64,000 bases of DNA from a virus: IMG/VR virus record IMGVR_UViG_3300008262_003578. One strand, given 5' to 3'. The translations under genes and the position numbers were made by a program. Shown here in pieces: positions 38,219 through 48,862 of the stretch. Each line of letters opens with the position of its first letter. Position 1 is the stretch's first letter. Under the pieces are notes generated by a model. The model was not told where the DNA came from and did not search any database. It saw only the letters and a list, made by a program, of their open reading frames with translations.

Positions 38219-39637
38219 ATGAAACCAAATATTAACCACAACAAATTGCGTAAGTTTATTAATTTATTAGTTGAGCAGGATGGCTCTGATGATGTATATC
38301 GTATATCACCTGAAGAATACTTAGAACTATTAAAACTTTCTGACAATAGTCCTGGTGTTACTAGAATTAAAAAGTTCGGAGGTAAACCACTTTATATCAC
38401 AGGTGACTTAGATGTTAGAGGATTACCAATAAAAACACTAGGTAATGTTGCTTATGTGGATGGTAGATTGGATATAAGTAACACAAAGATTTCTGAACTA
38501 CCTGATGGTATTGCCAAAGGATACATTTGGGATAGTGGAACGCCAAGAGAATCCAAACGACTTATTAAACAAGACCAAAAATGGTTGGAAGAAAACCAAG
38601 AAAGGAAAGAAAGTGGTGAATGGGAAATAGGTGAAAGTGATGAAGCAAATAAAGTTAACGCTCTATTTAAATGGTTAGTTGGTTCTGGAGAAATTGAAAC
38701 ATTAGATGATAATGAAAGGGAAGAATTGGTTGAGTTAAAAAAGAAATACGAAAGAATTGAGAAGGAATATAATGAGACCGAGGATGATGAAGAAGAGAGT
38801 GAATTATACGATAAATTAAACGAATTGGAGGGAGACATTGAGGGACTTGAAGAAAGAAATAATGATTTATATAATACAATTGTTCCTTATGGGAAACATT
38901 ATGGTTTAGATGACTTCAATATAATACCATTAAGAACTAGAAGTAATTATGTTGAATATACCGTGGCAACAGAAGATGAAATGGATGAAGCTCTTGAAGA
39001 ATATTATAAGGGTCGTTTAGAAGATGATGGTGTGGGTTCGTTTAATAAATGGGTTATTGAAGATTGTCTTGATGAGGATTATATTGTTGAAATGGCTGAG
39101 GAAGATTATAATCGTGATGTATGGGATAATCCCGAATCTTATTTTGATGGTGATGATTATGAATTAAGTGATGAGCAAGAAAAGAGAATTAATGAACTTA
39201 ATGATTACATCAAAAGTTTGGAAGAATATATTGAAAGAATGGAAAACAGACAATCTGAGTTAGATTCTGAAATTGAGGAACCCGATGAATACTCTAAAGC
39301 CTATGATGAGGTTCAAGGTATGATTGATGACGCTGAGGAAAAGAAATCTAACGCTGAAGATGAGATTGAAAGTATTAATGACTCGGCTAAAGAAGTTACC
39401 CAAGATATGGTTGATAATAAAGTTGACGAATTAGTTAACAGAGTTAGACGAGACCCATTAGATTATCTTAAAGAATTAGGATATAGTGATAAAGATATAA
39501 TAAGATTTGTTGATAATGATTGTATACTTAAAACACTTATAAAAGACGGTGACTATGGTGATATTAATGGATATGATGGTCAATATGACACCTATCGTAT
39601 TGATGGTCAAGAATATTATATTATGAGAATTAGTTAA
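38219..39637 (+). CDS. Acidic coiled-coil protein with short LRR-like segment
   Basis: GDLDVRGLPIKTLGNVAYVDGRLDISNTKISEL; N-terminal KLRKFINLLVE tag; start moved to 38219. Confidence 0.7.
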   Translation: MKPNINHNKLRKFINLLVEQDGSDDVYRISPEEYLELLKLSDNSPGVTRIKKFGGKPLYITGDLDVRGLPIKTLGNVAYVDGRLDISNTKISELPDGIAKGYIWDSGTPRESKRLIKQDQKWLEENQERKESGEWEIGESDEANKVNALFKWLVGSGEIETLDDNEREELVELKKKYERIEKEYNETEDDEEESELYDKLNELEGDIEGLEERNNDLYNTIVPYGKHYGLDDFNIIPLRTRSNYVEYTVATEDEMDEALEEYYKGRLEDDGVGSFNKWVIEDCLDEDYIVEMAEEDYNRDVWDNPESYFDGDDYELSDEQEKRINELNDYIKSLEEYIERMENRQSELDSEIEEPDEYSKAYDEVQGMIDDAEEKKSNAEDEIESINDSAKEVTQDMVDNKVDELVNRVRRDPLDYLKELGYSDKDIIRFVDNDCILKTLIKDGDYGDINGYDGQYDTYRIDGQEYYIMRIS

Positions 39638-39674
39638 TCTACCAATTTATGATAATTTTACTTATACTTATGTT

Positions 39675-40454
39675 ATGTCAACAAAAAAACCAAAAAAGAA
39701 ATTTGATTTTATCATGGATACCGACTGGTTATTCCATGGAGTGTTAGATGCGGAGCAGAAACAATACGTCCTTTTAAATTATTTCCAAAAGTTAAATAAG
39801 TATTTTGAAGAGATGAAGATTTACCCAATGTTTATTGAGTTGTCTTTGCATTTAGGTAATATTCAGACATTAATAAATTCCAATAAAATCCTTTATACTG
39901 AAAAGAAATTCTCAACTAATGATGATGAATTGTTATTATCGGACTTAAAAGTTAAAGACATACCAGTGTTAGCCACTGAAGAAGTTGATGAATATAAAAA
40001 GATTTTAAAAAATTCACAGCCACAACTTTACGACTACTTCAATTTTGCGAAGTCATTATGGACTGTGGTTTATGATTCAATTGATATTAAAGTCAAGAAA
40101 AATAGGAATAGTATAAAATCTAAATCAGGGTTTTTTTATTATAAAAATAATGAAGGGGTTTTATATGTGTGGCAATATACAACAAAAAAAGTTTATAAAA
40201 CTGAAAATCAAACTAAAACTCATTTAAAACAAATCTATAAAAGTGAAGAAAACGACTTGACAGTTGATAAAATTATTTCTATGTTTTCTAAAACATATGA
40301 AAAAAATGATGAGAAGACGTATCCAATAATTGAAGTTAGTTGTAGTAGTATTTTTCCTTTAAAAGAAACTTTACTACCTATCTTTAAAAGGAAGATATTA
40401 TCTCACATTAATCAATATAAAGTTGCAAAAGTAGAAACTAAAACTTTGTCCTAA
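39675..40454 (+). CDS. Hypothetical protein
   Basis: 259-aa ORF. Confidence 0.7.
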   Translation: MSTKKPKKKFDFIMDTDWLFHGVLDAEQKQYVLLNYFQKLNKYFEEMKIYPMFIELSLHLGNIQTLINSNKILYTEKKFSTNDDELLLSDLKVKDIPVLATEEVDEYKKILKNSQPQLYDYFNFAKSLWTVVYDSIDIKVKKNRNSIKSKSGFFYYKNNEGVLYVWQYTTKKVYKTENQTKTHLKQIYKSEENDLTVDKIISMFSKTYEKNDEKTYPIIEVSCSSIFPLKETLLPIFKRKILSHINQYKVAKVETKTLS

Positions 40455-40645
40455 TGGGTTTTAATAAGAGAATTTTAAGTAAAGAAAACATCATAAGTAA
40501 CATTGACAATCTTACCAATTATTTGGGTAATCCTGATGCGGTATTTATGACGGATGATTTTTCAAAGGAAGTATATCATATGTTTACCGAAGGTAAATCT
40601 GAAGAAGAAATAATAAACTACATTAATAATAATCATGAAAGTTAA
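40454..40645 (+). CDS. Small hypothetical protein
   Basis: 63 aa, MGFNKRIL...; coupled to neighbours. Confidence 0.65.
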   Translation: MGFNKRILSKENIISNIDNLTNYLGNPDAVFMTDDFSKEVYHMFTEGKSEEEIINYINNNHES

Positions 40646-42008
40646 ATTAGAATATGTGTGGCTTGATGGGTACACACCAGAACCAAATCTAAGAAGTAAA
40701 GTTAAAATTGTTAGTCATGACGATATAAGTGAGGCGTTTTTAACAGGTAAATTTCCTGAATGGAATTTTGATGGTTCATCAACTAATCAAGCTGAAACAG
40801 GTGATTCTGATTGTATTTTAAAACCTGTAAGACATTATACGACTGATAGGTTATCTACGGTATATGTTTTGTGTGAAGTAATGAATTCTGACGGAACTCC
40901 ACATCAATCTAATACAAGAGCTAAAATAACAGAAGATGATAATGGAATGTGGTTTGGGTTTGAACAAGAATATTTTATTCGTGAAGGTAAAAACATGCCA
41001 GTGTTGGGTCATAGTGGAAGACATAGTAATCAACAAGGTGAGTTTTATTGTGGTGTTGGTGCAAATGTTGTTGGTAGAGAATTTGTGGAGAAACATACCA
41101 ACATGTGTTTAAATTATGGTATTAATATTACGGGAACAAATGCTGAGGTTGCATTAGGACAGTGGGAATATCAAGTCTTTTCAAAAGGTAAGATGAAAGG
41201 TGGTGATGACCTTTGGATGACAAGATATTTCTTACATAAAATTTCTGAAGAATATGGATATGAGATTGAACTACACCCAAAACCTATCCAACACGGAGAA
41301 TGGAATGGGTCGGGATTACATACCAATTTCTCAACAGAATATATGAGAGAAGTTGGGGGTGAAGAATATTTTCAATCTTTATTTTCAAGTTTTGAGGCAA
41401 GACACTATGAACACATCAAAAATTATGGGTCGTCTAATGAACTTAGATTAACTGGTAAGTTTGAAACACAATCAATTGATAAGTTTAGTTGGGGTGTATC
41501 AGACAGAGGAGCATCAATTAGAATTCCACAATCAACCGCAAAAGAATGGAAAGGTTATATTGAAGATAGACGACCAGCTTCAAATGCTGACCCATACAAA
41601 ATTATTCATCAGATAGATTTATCCATTAATAATGCTGAAACTATATTTGATATGAAGCATAAAATGAATTATGTCGTAAAAGATTATGAGGTCTTAAAAC
41701 AACATTTAAATGGGGTATTGAGTAATGATGAGTTATTGAAAGAATATAGAGATGATGAGGAGTATGAAATTGACTCTGAAACTATGGATGGGTCCAATAT
41801 AGACACAGAAAAAATTAATTTTAACGCTACGTTTGGAAAAGAAGGTCCCACAAAAATACCAAAAGAGATTTTAGAAAAAATGATGAACGCGGACAGAATT
41901 AAAGATATGGTTACCAAAAATAAAATTGTTGAAGATAGAATATCCAAAAAAGAAGAATACGAGGACAAATTAAACCAAATGATTAAAAATTATAAGGAAA
42001 ATAAATAA
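40635..42008 (+). CDS. glnA: Glutamine synthetase (type II-like) with ~120-aa C-terminal extension
   Basis: LEYVWLDG, NLRSK, WNFDGSST, FGFEQEY, NAEV..GQWEYQ, HPKP..G.WNGSGLH.NFS, RLTGKFET, RGASIRIP, EDRRPASN.DPY. Confidence 0.92.
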   Translation: MKVKLEYVWLDGYTPEPNLRSKVKIVSHDDISEAFLTGKFPEWNFDGSSTNQAETGDSDCILKPVRHYTTDRLSTVYVLCEVMNSDGTPHQSNTRAKITEDDNGMWFGFEQEYFIREGKNMPVLGHSGRHSNQQGEFYCGVGANVVGREFVEKHTNMCLNYGINITGTNAEVALGQWEYQVFSKGKMKGGDDLWMTRYFLHKISEEYGYEIELHPKPIQHGEWNGSGLHTNFSTEYMREVGGEEYFQSLFSSFEARHYEHIKNYGSSNELRLTGKFETQSIDKFSWGVSDRGASIRIPQSTAKEWKGYIEDRRPASNADPYKIIHQIDLSINNAETIFDMKHKMNYVVKDYEVLKQHLNGVLSNDELLKEYRDDEEYEIDSETMDGSNIDTEKINFNATFGKEGPTKIPKEILEKMMNADRIKDMVTKNKIVEDRISKKEEYEDKLNQMIKNYKENK

Positions 42009-42009
42009 A

Positions 42010-42522
42010 ATGAGATTTTTTTTAATTGTTTTTTGTTTCATTAACACCTTGATTGGGTTTTCTCAAATTAATAATAATATTGATGGGGTTAATGAATTCA
42101 TCGGAAAACAAAAAAACATAAAATTGTTTGACGGACCATATCAAATAGATTCAGTCAATTATTTCCTTATCGGTACAATATCTAAAGATACTTTTTATTT
42201 TTTCTACAAATATAAAAACGGTGCGTTCAGATTAAATGACACATATGAATATCAAGGTGTTGATGATTTAAATAAAAAGTTATCATTTTACCATATCAAT
42301 AATGAAGTTGAGGTAAATAATACCATTTTTGAGAAAGTTGATGAATGGGCTTATAGAGACCAACTAATATTAATTGAACATAAAGAAAATCCTGATAAAT
42401 TTGTTAAAGAAAAAGTAATTAAAGTACCTTACGCAAAAAGGGTTGGTGGTAAATGGATATATTTAAATTCACCAAGAATAATATGGTTAGATAAAAACGG
42501 AAAAGAAATAAAACGAGCATAA
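42010..42522 (+). CDS. Secreted/periplasmic hypothetical protein
   Basis: MRFFLIVFCFINTLIGFSQ signal peptide of Bacteroidetes style. Confidence 0.6.
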   Translation: MRFFLIVFCFINTLIGFSQINNNIDGVNEFIGKQKNIKLFDGPYQIDSVNYFLIGTISKDTFYFFYKYKNGAFRLNDTYEYQGVDDLNKKLSFYHINNEVEVNNTIFEKVDEWAYRDQLILIEHKENPDKFVKEKVIKVPYAKRVGGKWIYLNSPRIIWLDKNGKEIKRA

Positions 42523-42523
42523 A

Positions 42524-42754
42524 ATGGAACAAAAAGAACAAGTTAACCACCCAGAACATTACGGAGGAAAAAATAATGAATATGAGGCCATCAAGGTGAT
42601 AGATGCTTGGGACTTAGGTTTTAGTTTGGGTAATACTGTAAAGTATATCTCAAGGGCTGGTAAGAAAGAGTCTGATAAAGAATTACAGGACCTTAAGAAA
42701 GCTTTATGGTATTTACAACACCACATTGAACAATTGGAGAAGAAATCAAATTAA
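42524..42754 (+). CDS. DUF3310 family protein
   Basis: VNHPEHY, F.LGNTVKYI.RAGKK, DLKKALWYL. Confidence 0.88.
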   Translation: MEQKEQVNHPEHYGGKNNEYEAIKVIDAWDLGFSLGNTVKYISRAGKKESDKELQDLKKALWYLQHHIEQLEKKSN

Positions 42755-43284
42755 ATATATTCGGCTCTTAATTGAGGTAAAATTGTGTTAATAATGTTAT
42801 CATAAACACCTGGTAGATAAACATCCTCGTACCACTGAAGTAAATCTTCAATATCTCTAAATTTACTTGGTATCTCTCTACTAAGATAAAAGTCGGGTTG
42901 TTCTTCATTAGCCGCATGTAATCCATTAATATTTAATACATAGTATTCAACATTATATGGTAATATTGCCCTACCATCCCAATATGGTGTTGCGAGTATC
43001 ATAATACCTTCAGTAAATTGTCTTCCATTATATTCAGTTCTAATTGATGTTAAAGGGGTCCAACTAACGGTGCCCTCATAACTATCTGCGGATATAATAA
43101 ATTCTTTATAACTGGTGGGAATCTCTTGATGACTTATAAGGTCAAGTAACACCTCGTATGATTCCGTAGGGTATAATGGGTATTTTGTGATAGTTAATAT
43201 TTCGGTAATACTTAGACCAACCATTTTAGCGGCGTCCCAAATACCAACTTTCTCAACCAACCTGAGCAAAGATTCTTTATTCAT
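42751..43284 (-). CDS. Hypothetical protein
   Basis: 177 aa; TATTTAT on minus at 43289-43295. Confidence 0.7.
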   Translation of the reverse strand: MNKESLLRLVEKVGIWDAAKMVGLSITEILTITKYPLYPTESYEVLLDLISHQEIPTSYKEFIISADSYEGTVSWTPLTSIRTEYNGRQFTEGIMILATPYWDGRAILPYNVEYYVLNINGLHAANEEQPDFYLSREIPSKFRDIEDLLQWYEDVYLPGVYDNIINTILPQLRAEYI

Positions 43285-43381
43285 ATTGATAAATATGTAT
43301 AATATATATAACTGATATGGAAAATTACATCAATCGTTATATTTATGATTAAAGATAAATAAAACAATATCTCAATTATAG

Positions 43382-46303
43382 ATGGCTAACGAAAAATTAA
43401 CTCAATTACCTTCATTATCCGCCGCGTCAGGTAATACCTTATTTTATGTGGTTGATGTCAGTGACCCAACGGATGACCCAACGGGTAGTTCCAAACAGAT
43501 AACAAGAGATAATATATTAAAAAATATAACAGGATTAACCATTGATGGGGATGTCCAAATTACGGGTAATACCTATGTGACAGGTAAAACTGAAACTAAC
43601 GGTATAACATCAACAGGTGGTGTTACATTCAAACAGGTTACGATTAATAGTACATATTCTGCAACTACTCAGGATTATATGATTGACGTTACGGGTGGAA
43701 CATTTACTGTTTATTTACCATCGGCAGTCGGAATACAAGGTAGGTTATTAGTTGTTAAAAACAATGGTGGTGGTGCGGTAACGGTACAACCAATTTCAGG
43801 TCAAGATATTGATGGTAAATCATTTGTGATTTTAGGTGAAACTAATACAATACAATTGGCAAGTAATGGGTCTAATTGGGTTGCGATTTCGTATAATATA
43901 TCAACAGTTAACTCATCAACAGGTGTGTTCGAATTTACAGGTTTAACTATCGCGTCACCAACAACATTTACAGTTGCCCCTGTTAAGGGTTGGATTGTTG
44001 ATGATACGACAAATCCATTAAGTCCCCAACTATATTATATTTATTATAGTGGTGGAACTCATACCGCAACATATGTAACTACCGCAACTGAAACTTGGGT
44101 TTACTTAACAAGTGGTGGGACTATTAGTCAATCAAATATAGAGTTAACTGAAGAACAGAGAAGACAAAATATATTTTTAGGTAAATTAGGTCATGCTAAT
44201 AAAACAAATATTATTAACGCTTTTAGTCAACCTGATTTTGTGTTATCACCATTATCCCAACTTAGGGATATGTTTACACCTATAAATCTTATAAATGGGG
44301 GGATATACGCATCACCTAATGGTGTTAATTTAAGTTTTAATACAAGTGCTGGTTATCTATATGGTTTAGGTATTAATTTCGCAAATGACACATTAAGTCC
44401 TAACTCTATTTATGTATCAGGAACTAATCCTTGTACTTTCCAATATAGAACACAAACAGGTGGTACTGCATCAAATACTACATTTATTGACCCAACAAAT
44501 TATGATGTTGGTGGTGCTGTTACACCAATTTCGGGTACAAAGGCAACCAACCAAAGAATTTATTTGGTTCAGAACGGTATATTTAGGGTTCAATATGGTC
44601 AAACAGAATATCAACAGTTAACTGCAGCAATTGAAGGTATTGCAACAGAACAATTTAACACATTTAGTAATTTTACAAATAATGGAATTTTAATAGGTAT
44701 ATTATCTGTTTTAAGCACTGCGACTGATTTAAGTGATACGTCTAAAGCCCGATTCTTTTTCGCCTCAAAATTTGGTGAGACAGTTGGGTCCGCTGGTGGT
44801 GTGTCAACAACCAATTTACAACAAGCTTATAATAATTCAGTAACACCTGAGATAACAACTAACTCAACGTTAGGACCTGTATCAATCAAGAATGGTTCGG
44901 GAACTGCCGATAACGTTACAAGTTTATTTGAGACGTTAAATTCAGGTGGAACTGTAACAATGTTTGTTAGGGCTGATGGTTCTATCAGTGCAAATACTAT
45001 TACTGCAACCACGGTATCAGCAACAACGTACCAAAATTTACCTATTGACCCTGACACATATGTTACAGGTTTTACTTACAATGATAATGAATTTGTGATA
45101 AAACAGAATAATGGCCAACCTGATTTAACTGTGGTAATTAATTCTGTTACAGGTTGGACTGTTAATGGTGATTTGAATGTTACAGGTAACACAACTTTAG
45201 ATGGATTAACCGCAACCACGGTATCAGCAACAACGTACCAAAATTTACCTATTGACCCCGATACTTATGTAACCGCATTTACTTATAATGACAATGTTTT
45301 CACAATTAGTCAAAATAATGGTCAACCTGATTTAACCGCACTTATTAATACAGTGACAGGATGGACTGTTAATGGTGAATTAACCGTAACGGGAAATACA
45401 AGTTTACAAGCATTTACTGGAACATCAGGAACCATTAATGGTGATTTAACGGTTACAGGAAACACAACAGTTAGAGGAAATTTAGTCGTTAGTGGTAATA
45501 CTGGTGTCAATTGGTTTAGCTCCAACACATCCTCAGACTTAGTTAGGATTACACAAACAGGTTCAGGTAATGCCTTTGTTGTTGAAGATTTGACAAATCC
45601 AGATTCTACGCCATTTGTAATTGACAGTTCAGGTAATGTTGCGATTGGTAAAACAAGTGTAACTAGTGGAACTTTGGTGGATTTAGAAGTTGCTGGAAAA
45701 ACAATAGGAATAAATATCGGTAATTCAAATACCAGTTTTATGGCGGGAACAGGTATTTTTTCTTATGGTAATGGAATTGGAATTAATGGTGTAGGTAGAG
45801 ATGATTTTGGAACTGTTGTTGGTATTAAAGGTGAATCCGTATTTGATATTTCCGCTGACCCATCAGCCACATATTATGGTGGTGAATTTATATCATCAGG
45901 TCAAGGAGGTAGAGATTATGCTGTTAGATTGTCAGATGGGACAGAGGGTGTTGGTAAGTTTTTATATTCTGTTGATGCTAATGGTTCGGCGAATTGGACA
46001 AGTCAATTAAGCGGGACATCGGCAACAATAAATGGTCCTTTAACCGTAACAGGAAATACTACATTACGAGCAACAACTGCTAGCACATTAAATGTTACGG
46101 GTAATACAATCGTTGATGGTACGATAAGTGGTGGAACTATGGTAATCACGACAACACCAACAAATGAAAATACTAACACTCAAATTTTATCTAGAAACCC
46201 AACAACAGGAGCCATTGAATATGTTGATGCTTCAAGCACACCAATAGGTACTTATAATTATGGGATATCATATACTATGTTCACAGGTAATTATATGGTA
46301 TAA
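43382..46303 (+). CDS. Tail fibre / receptor-binding-like protein
   Basis: MANEKLTQLP N-terminus, YVVD, G.L.VTGNT shaft repeats, internal 69-aa duplication, T/G/S-rich. Confidence 0.7.
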   Translation: MANEKLTQLPSLSAASGNTLFYVVDVSDPTDDPTGSSKQITRDNILKNITGLTIDGDVQITGNTYVTGKTETNGITSTGGVTFKQVTINSTYSATTQDYMIDVTGGTFTVYLPSAVGIQGRLLVVKNNGGGAVTVQPISGQDIDGKSFVILGETNTIQLASNGSNWVAISYNISTVNSSTGVFEFTGLTIASPTTFTVAPVKGWIVDDTTNPLSPQLYYIYYSGGTHTATYVTTATETWVYLTSGGTISQSNIELTEEQRRQNIFLGKLGHANKTNIINAFSQPDFVLSPLSQLRDMFTPINLINGGIYASPNGVNLSFNTSAGYLYGLGINFANDTLSPNSIYVSGTNPCTFQYRTQTGGTASNTTFIDPTNYDVGGAVTPISGTKATNQRIYLVQNGIFRVQYGQTEYQQLTAAIEGIATEQFNTFSNFTNNGILIGILSVLSTATDLSDTSKARFFFASKFGETVGSAGGVSTTNLQQAYNNSVTPEITTNSTLGPVSIKNGSGTADNVTSLFETLNSGGTVTMFVRADGSISANTITATTVSATTYQNLPIDPDTYVTGFTYNDNEFVIKQNNGQPDLTVVINSVTGWTVNGDLNVTGNTTLDGLTATTVSATTYQNLPIDPDTYVTAFTYNDNVFTISQNNGQPDLTALINTVTGWTVNGELTVTGNTSLQAFTGTSGTINGDLTVTGNTTVRGNLVVSGNTGVNWFSSNTSSDLVRITQTGSGNAFVVEDLTNPDSTPFVIDSSGNVAIGKTSVTSGTLVDLEVAGKTIGINIGNSNTSFMAGTGIFSYGNGIGINGVGRDDFGTVVGIKGESVFDISADPSATYYGGEFISSGQGGRDYAVRLSDGTEGVGKFLYSVDANGSANWTSQLSGTSATINGPLTVTGNTTLRATTASTLNVTGNTIVDGTISGGTMVITTTPTNENTNTQILSRNPTTGAIEYVDASSTPIGTYNYGISYTMFTGNYMV
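45005..45418 (+). repeat. 207-nt (69-aa) tandem duplication inside the tail fibre gene
   Basis: 47 identical nt at 45005-45051 and 45212-45258; TATTVSATTYQNLPIDPDTYVT.FTYNDN.F...QNNGQPDLT..IN.VTGWTVNG.L.VTGNT x2. Confidence 0.9.
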
Positions 46304-46330
46304 ATAATAAATAAAAATTAAAAATTAAAT

Positions 46331-46750
46331 ATGGGAACATCATTAAATACACAACCAATTTTTACCGCATCAGCGGATACCCAATGGTCGGTTTCTGCGG
46401 TTACGGCAAATACAACTAAAGATTTAACATCAGGGACGATATCATTAGTTTTTACCGCAGGGTCTAATGGGGGGTATGTTCAAAGACTGAGATTTAGGGC
46501 TTTAGGTACAAATGTAGCAACAGTTGCAAGAGTTTTTATAAATAATGGCGCAACAACCGCAACTGCATCAAATAATGCATTGTGGGATGAAATTTCATTA
46601 GCCGCAACAACATTGTCTGAAACATCTGCACTCTCAACATACGAAATACCGTTGAACTTTGCATTACCTGCGGGATATAGACTGTATGTAACACTTGGAA
46701 CTGCGGTGGCAGCTGGTTACACGATAACTTGTATTGGTGGTAAATATTAA
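46331..46750 (+). CDS. Tail-fibre-associated small structural protein
   Basis: NTQPIFT...LVFTAG.NG...R...LG...VARVFIN...L..G..LYV pattern. Confidence 0.6.
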   Translation: MGTSLNTQPIFTASADTQWSVSAVTANTTKDLTSGTISLVFTAGSNGGYVQRLRFRALGTNVATVARVFINNGATTATASNNALWDEISLAATTLSETSALSTYEIPLNFALPAGYRLYVTLGTAVAAGYTITCIGGKY

Positions 46751-46755
46751 AAAAT

Positions 46756-46929
46756 ATGGAGTATTATTTATGTGAATTTGAATATGGTTATGAGGGTCAA
46801 TTCTATCAAGTTGTTGACAATGGTAACGTTATAGATTATGTTGATTTAAATAATAATCAATTAATACTTGAAGGTTCTTATGGGTATAATATAATTAATA
46901 CCGAGACTGTAATTCCTTCTTGGGTTTAA
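46756..46929 (+). CDS. 57-aa small protein (not in ORF track; fibre chaperone-like position)
   Basis: MEYYLCEFEYGYEGQFYQVVDNGNVIDYVDLNNNQLILEGSYGYNIINTETVIPSWV. Confidence 0.6.
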   Translation: MEYYLCEFEYGYEGQFYQVVDNGNVIDYVDLNNNQLILEGSYGYNIINTETVIPSWV

Positions 46930-46941
46930 AATTAAATAAAA

Positions 46942-47862
46942 ATGATTGATACGTTTCATTTATCAAATAGTGATTTAAATAATCAAGTCTTCTACACCAA
47001 TGGAGGAAGTAATTCTTGGCAAATTTGGCAGAAACCAAGTAATGCTAAAATGGTTAGTTTTTTAGTTATTGGTGGTGGTGGAGGAGGTGGTTCAGGCCAA
47101 TCAGGAACTGGTTCTACAACACGTAGAAGTGGTGGTGGTGGTGGTTCATCTTCAGTTACTTTAGGTATGTTTTCGGCATCACAGATACCTGATACTTTAT
47201 TTATTCAGGTTGGTCCTGGAGGTATTCCAGGTTCAGGAACTACAGGGAGTAATGGTGGTTCTGGCGGTCTTTCATATGTGTCAGTACAACCAAATACTAC
47301 CGCAATAAATATATTATTACAAAGTGGGGCGGCCGCTGCTGGTGGTGGAAACTCAGGAACAAATGCGGGAACTGCTGGCTCAGCGGGAACATCTTGGGCT
47401 GGAAGTGTTTTGAGTGATTTAGGTTTAGTCACATCAATTGGTGGCCAATCAGGAGGTGCAGGAACAACGACTACGGCCCCAACAAATATTTCTATAGCGG
47501 GTATAACTACGGGTGGGGCTGCTGGTGGAGGAACAAACTTAGGTTCAGTCTTTAACGGTGCAGATATTAATGGCTCAGGATTTTGTCCAACAATCTCAGG
47601 TGGCACAGGAAACGTCAATTTAAATGGAACTGATGGGTCAGGTGGTTTTATATCGTTAAATCCATCAATAAACGGAATAACATCATTACCATTATTTTTT
47701 ACAGGAGGTGCAGGCGGTGGTGCATCAAACAATAACACAGGAGGGTCAGGTGGTGCTGGTGGATACGGCTCAGGTGGCGGAGGTGGTGGTGTTGGTGTAA
47801 CCAATAACTCAGGCCCTGGAGGTCGTGGTGGTGATGGTATTGTGATAGTAACTTGTTATTAA
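46942..47862 (+). CDS. Glycine-rich tail-associated protein (paralogue 1)
   Basis: WQIWQKPSNAKMV.FLVIGGGGGGGSG...GGRGGDGIVIVTCY. Confidence 0.75.
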   Translation: MIDTFHLSNSDLNNQVFYTNGGSNSWQIWQKPSNAKMVSFLVIGGGGGGGSGQSGTGSTTRRSGGGGGSSSVTLGMFSASQIPDTLFIQVGPGGIPGSGTTGSNGGSGGLSYVSVQPNTTAINILLQSGAAAAGGGNSGTNAGTAGSAGTSWAGSVLSDLGLVTSIGGQSGGAGTTTTAPTNISIAGITTGGAAGGGTNLGSVFNGADINGSGFCPTISGGTGNVNLNGTDGSGGFISLNPSINGITSLPLFFTGGAGGGASNNNTGGSGGAGGYGSGGGGGGVGVTNNSGPGGRGGDGIVIVTCY

Positions 47863-47866
47863 TTAT

Positions 47867-48811
47867 ATGGATATATTAAATTTACCAAATAAATCACTTT
47901 ACCACAAAGTGTTTTACGCAACTACAAGTACTAATTGGCAAACTTGGACAAAACCATCTAACATTAATTTTGTTTATATGTATGTTATTGGTGCTGGCGG
48001 TGCTGGTGGTGGAGGTAGAACAGGTGGTAACAACTCAGGAGGAGGAGGTGGTGGTGGTGCATCATCATCTATTACCGTGGCTTTATACCCCGCATTTTTA
48101 TTACCCGATACATTATATATTAGTGTTGGGATAGGTTCTAATGGGGCCGCAGCGGGTACTGGGGCGGCATCGGGTGTATTATCTTATGTATCAATCAGGT
48201 CTAGTACATCACCAATATTTATTGTTGCTCAAAGTGGAGACGCCGCTGCGGGTGGTGGTGGTGGAGGTACCAACTCAGTTTCAGGTTCAGGAGTTGGTGG
48301 AACTGCTGGAACTAGATGGACATACACTAATTACCCTTTGGCGAATATGGGTATGATTACCTCTGTAAATGGACAAGGAGGTGGTGCTGGTGGTGCTAAT
48401 ACACCAACAGATGGAACGAGCATTACACCATCATTACCTGTTACAGGTGGTGCTGGTGGAGGTGGTGTTAGTATATCAGGTGCCAACACAAGAGCAGGTG
48501 GTGACATTATAGGTAGTGGTTTTTTACCTAGTATTTTAGGTGGTAATGCTGATGGGTCAACAGCTGCACTTATTGGAGGTAAGAGTGGGTTTAATGGGAT
48601 TAACCCAACAACAGAATCTTACTTAAACTTACCTATGGTATATACGGGTGGTTCAGGTGGTGGTTCTAAAGGTGTTAGTGCAGCGGTCGGAGGTATTGGT
48701 GGACGAGGTTCTTATGGTTCAGGTGGTGGTGGAGGTGGTGCTTCATATGCATCAACAGGAGGAAGTGGTGGACGAGGTGGTGACGGTCTTGTTCTGATTT
48801 CTTGTTGGTAA
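47867..48811 (+). CDS. Glycine-rich tail-associated protein (paralogue 2)
   Basis: WQTWTKPSNINFVYMYVIGAGGAGGGG...GGRGGDGLVLISCW. Confidence 0.75.
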   Translation: MDILNLPNKSLYHKVFYATTSTNWQTWTKPSNINFVYMYVIGAGGAGGGGRTGGNNSGGGGGGGASSSITVALYPAFLLPDTLYISVGIGSNGAAAGTGAASGVLSYVSIRSSTSPIFIVAQSGDAAAGGGGGGTNSVSGSGVGGTAGTRWTYTNYPLANMGMITSVNGQGGGAGGANTPTDGTSITPSLPVTGGAGGGGVSISGANTRAGGDIIGSGFLPSILGGNADGSTAALIGGKSGFNGINPTTESYLNLPMVYTGGSGGGSKGVSAAVGGIGGRGSYGSGGGGGGASYASTGGSGGRGGDGLVLISCW

Positions 48812-48818
48812 AATCTAT

Positions 48819-48847
48819 TTGATTTATTGGTTTATAATTATTATTCT
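48819..48847 (+). promoter_or_regulatory. Canonical-like promoter TTGATT-17-TATTCT
   Basis: 17-nt spacer; upstream of ATG 48863. Confidence 0.45.
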
Positions 48848-48862
48848 TTAAAAAAAAGAGTA

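Noticed and set aside
47205-47804. 199-aa Pro-rich minus-strand ORF
   Set aside because: Antisense shadow of a Gly-rich gene (GGN codons read as CC-rich)
43382-48811. Diversity-generating retroelement or invertible tail-fibre switch
   Set aside because: No reverse transcriptase, no TR/VR pair with A-specific mismatches, no invertase or inverted repeats seen
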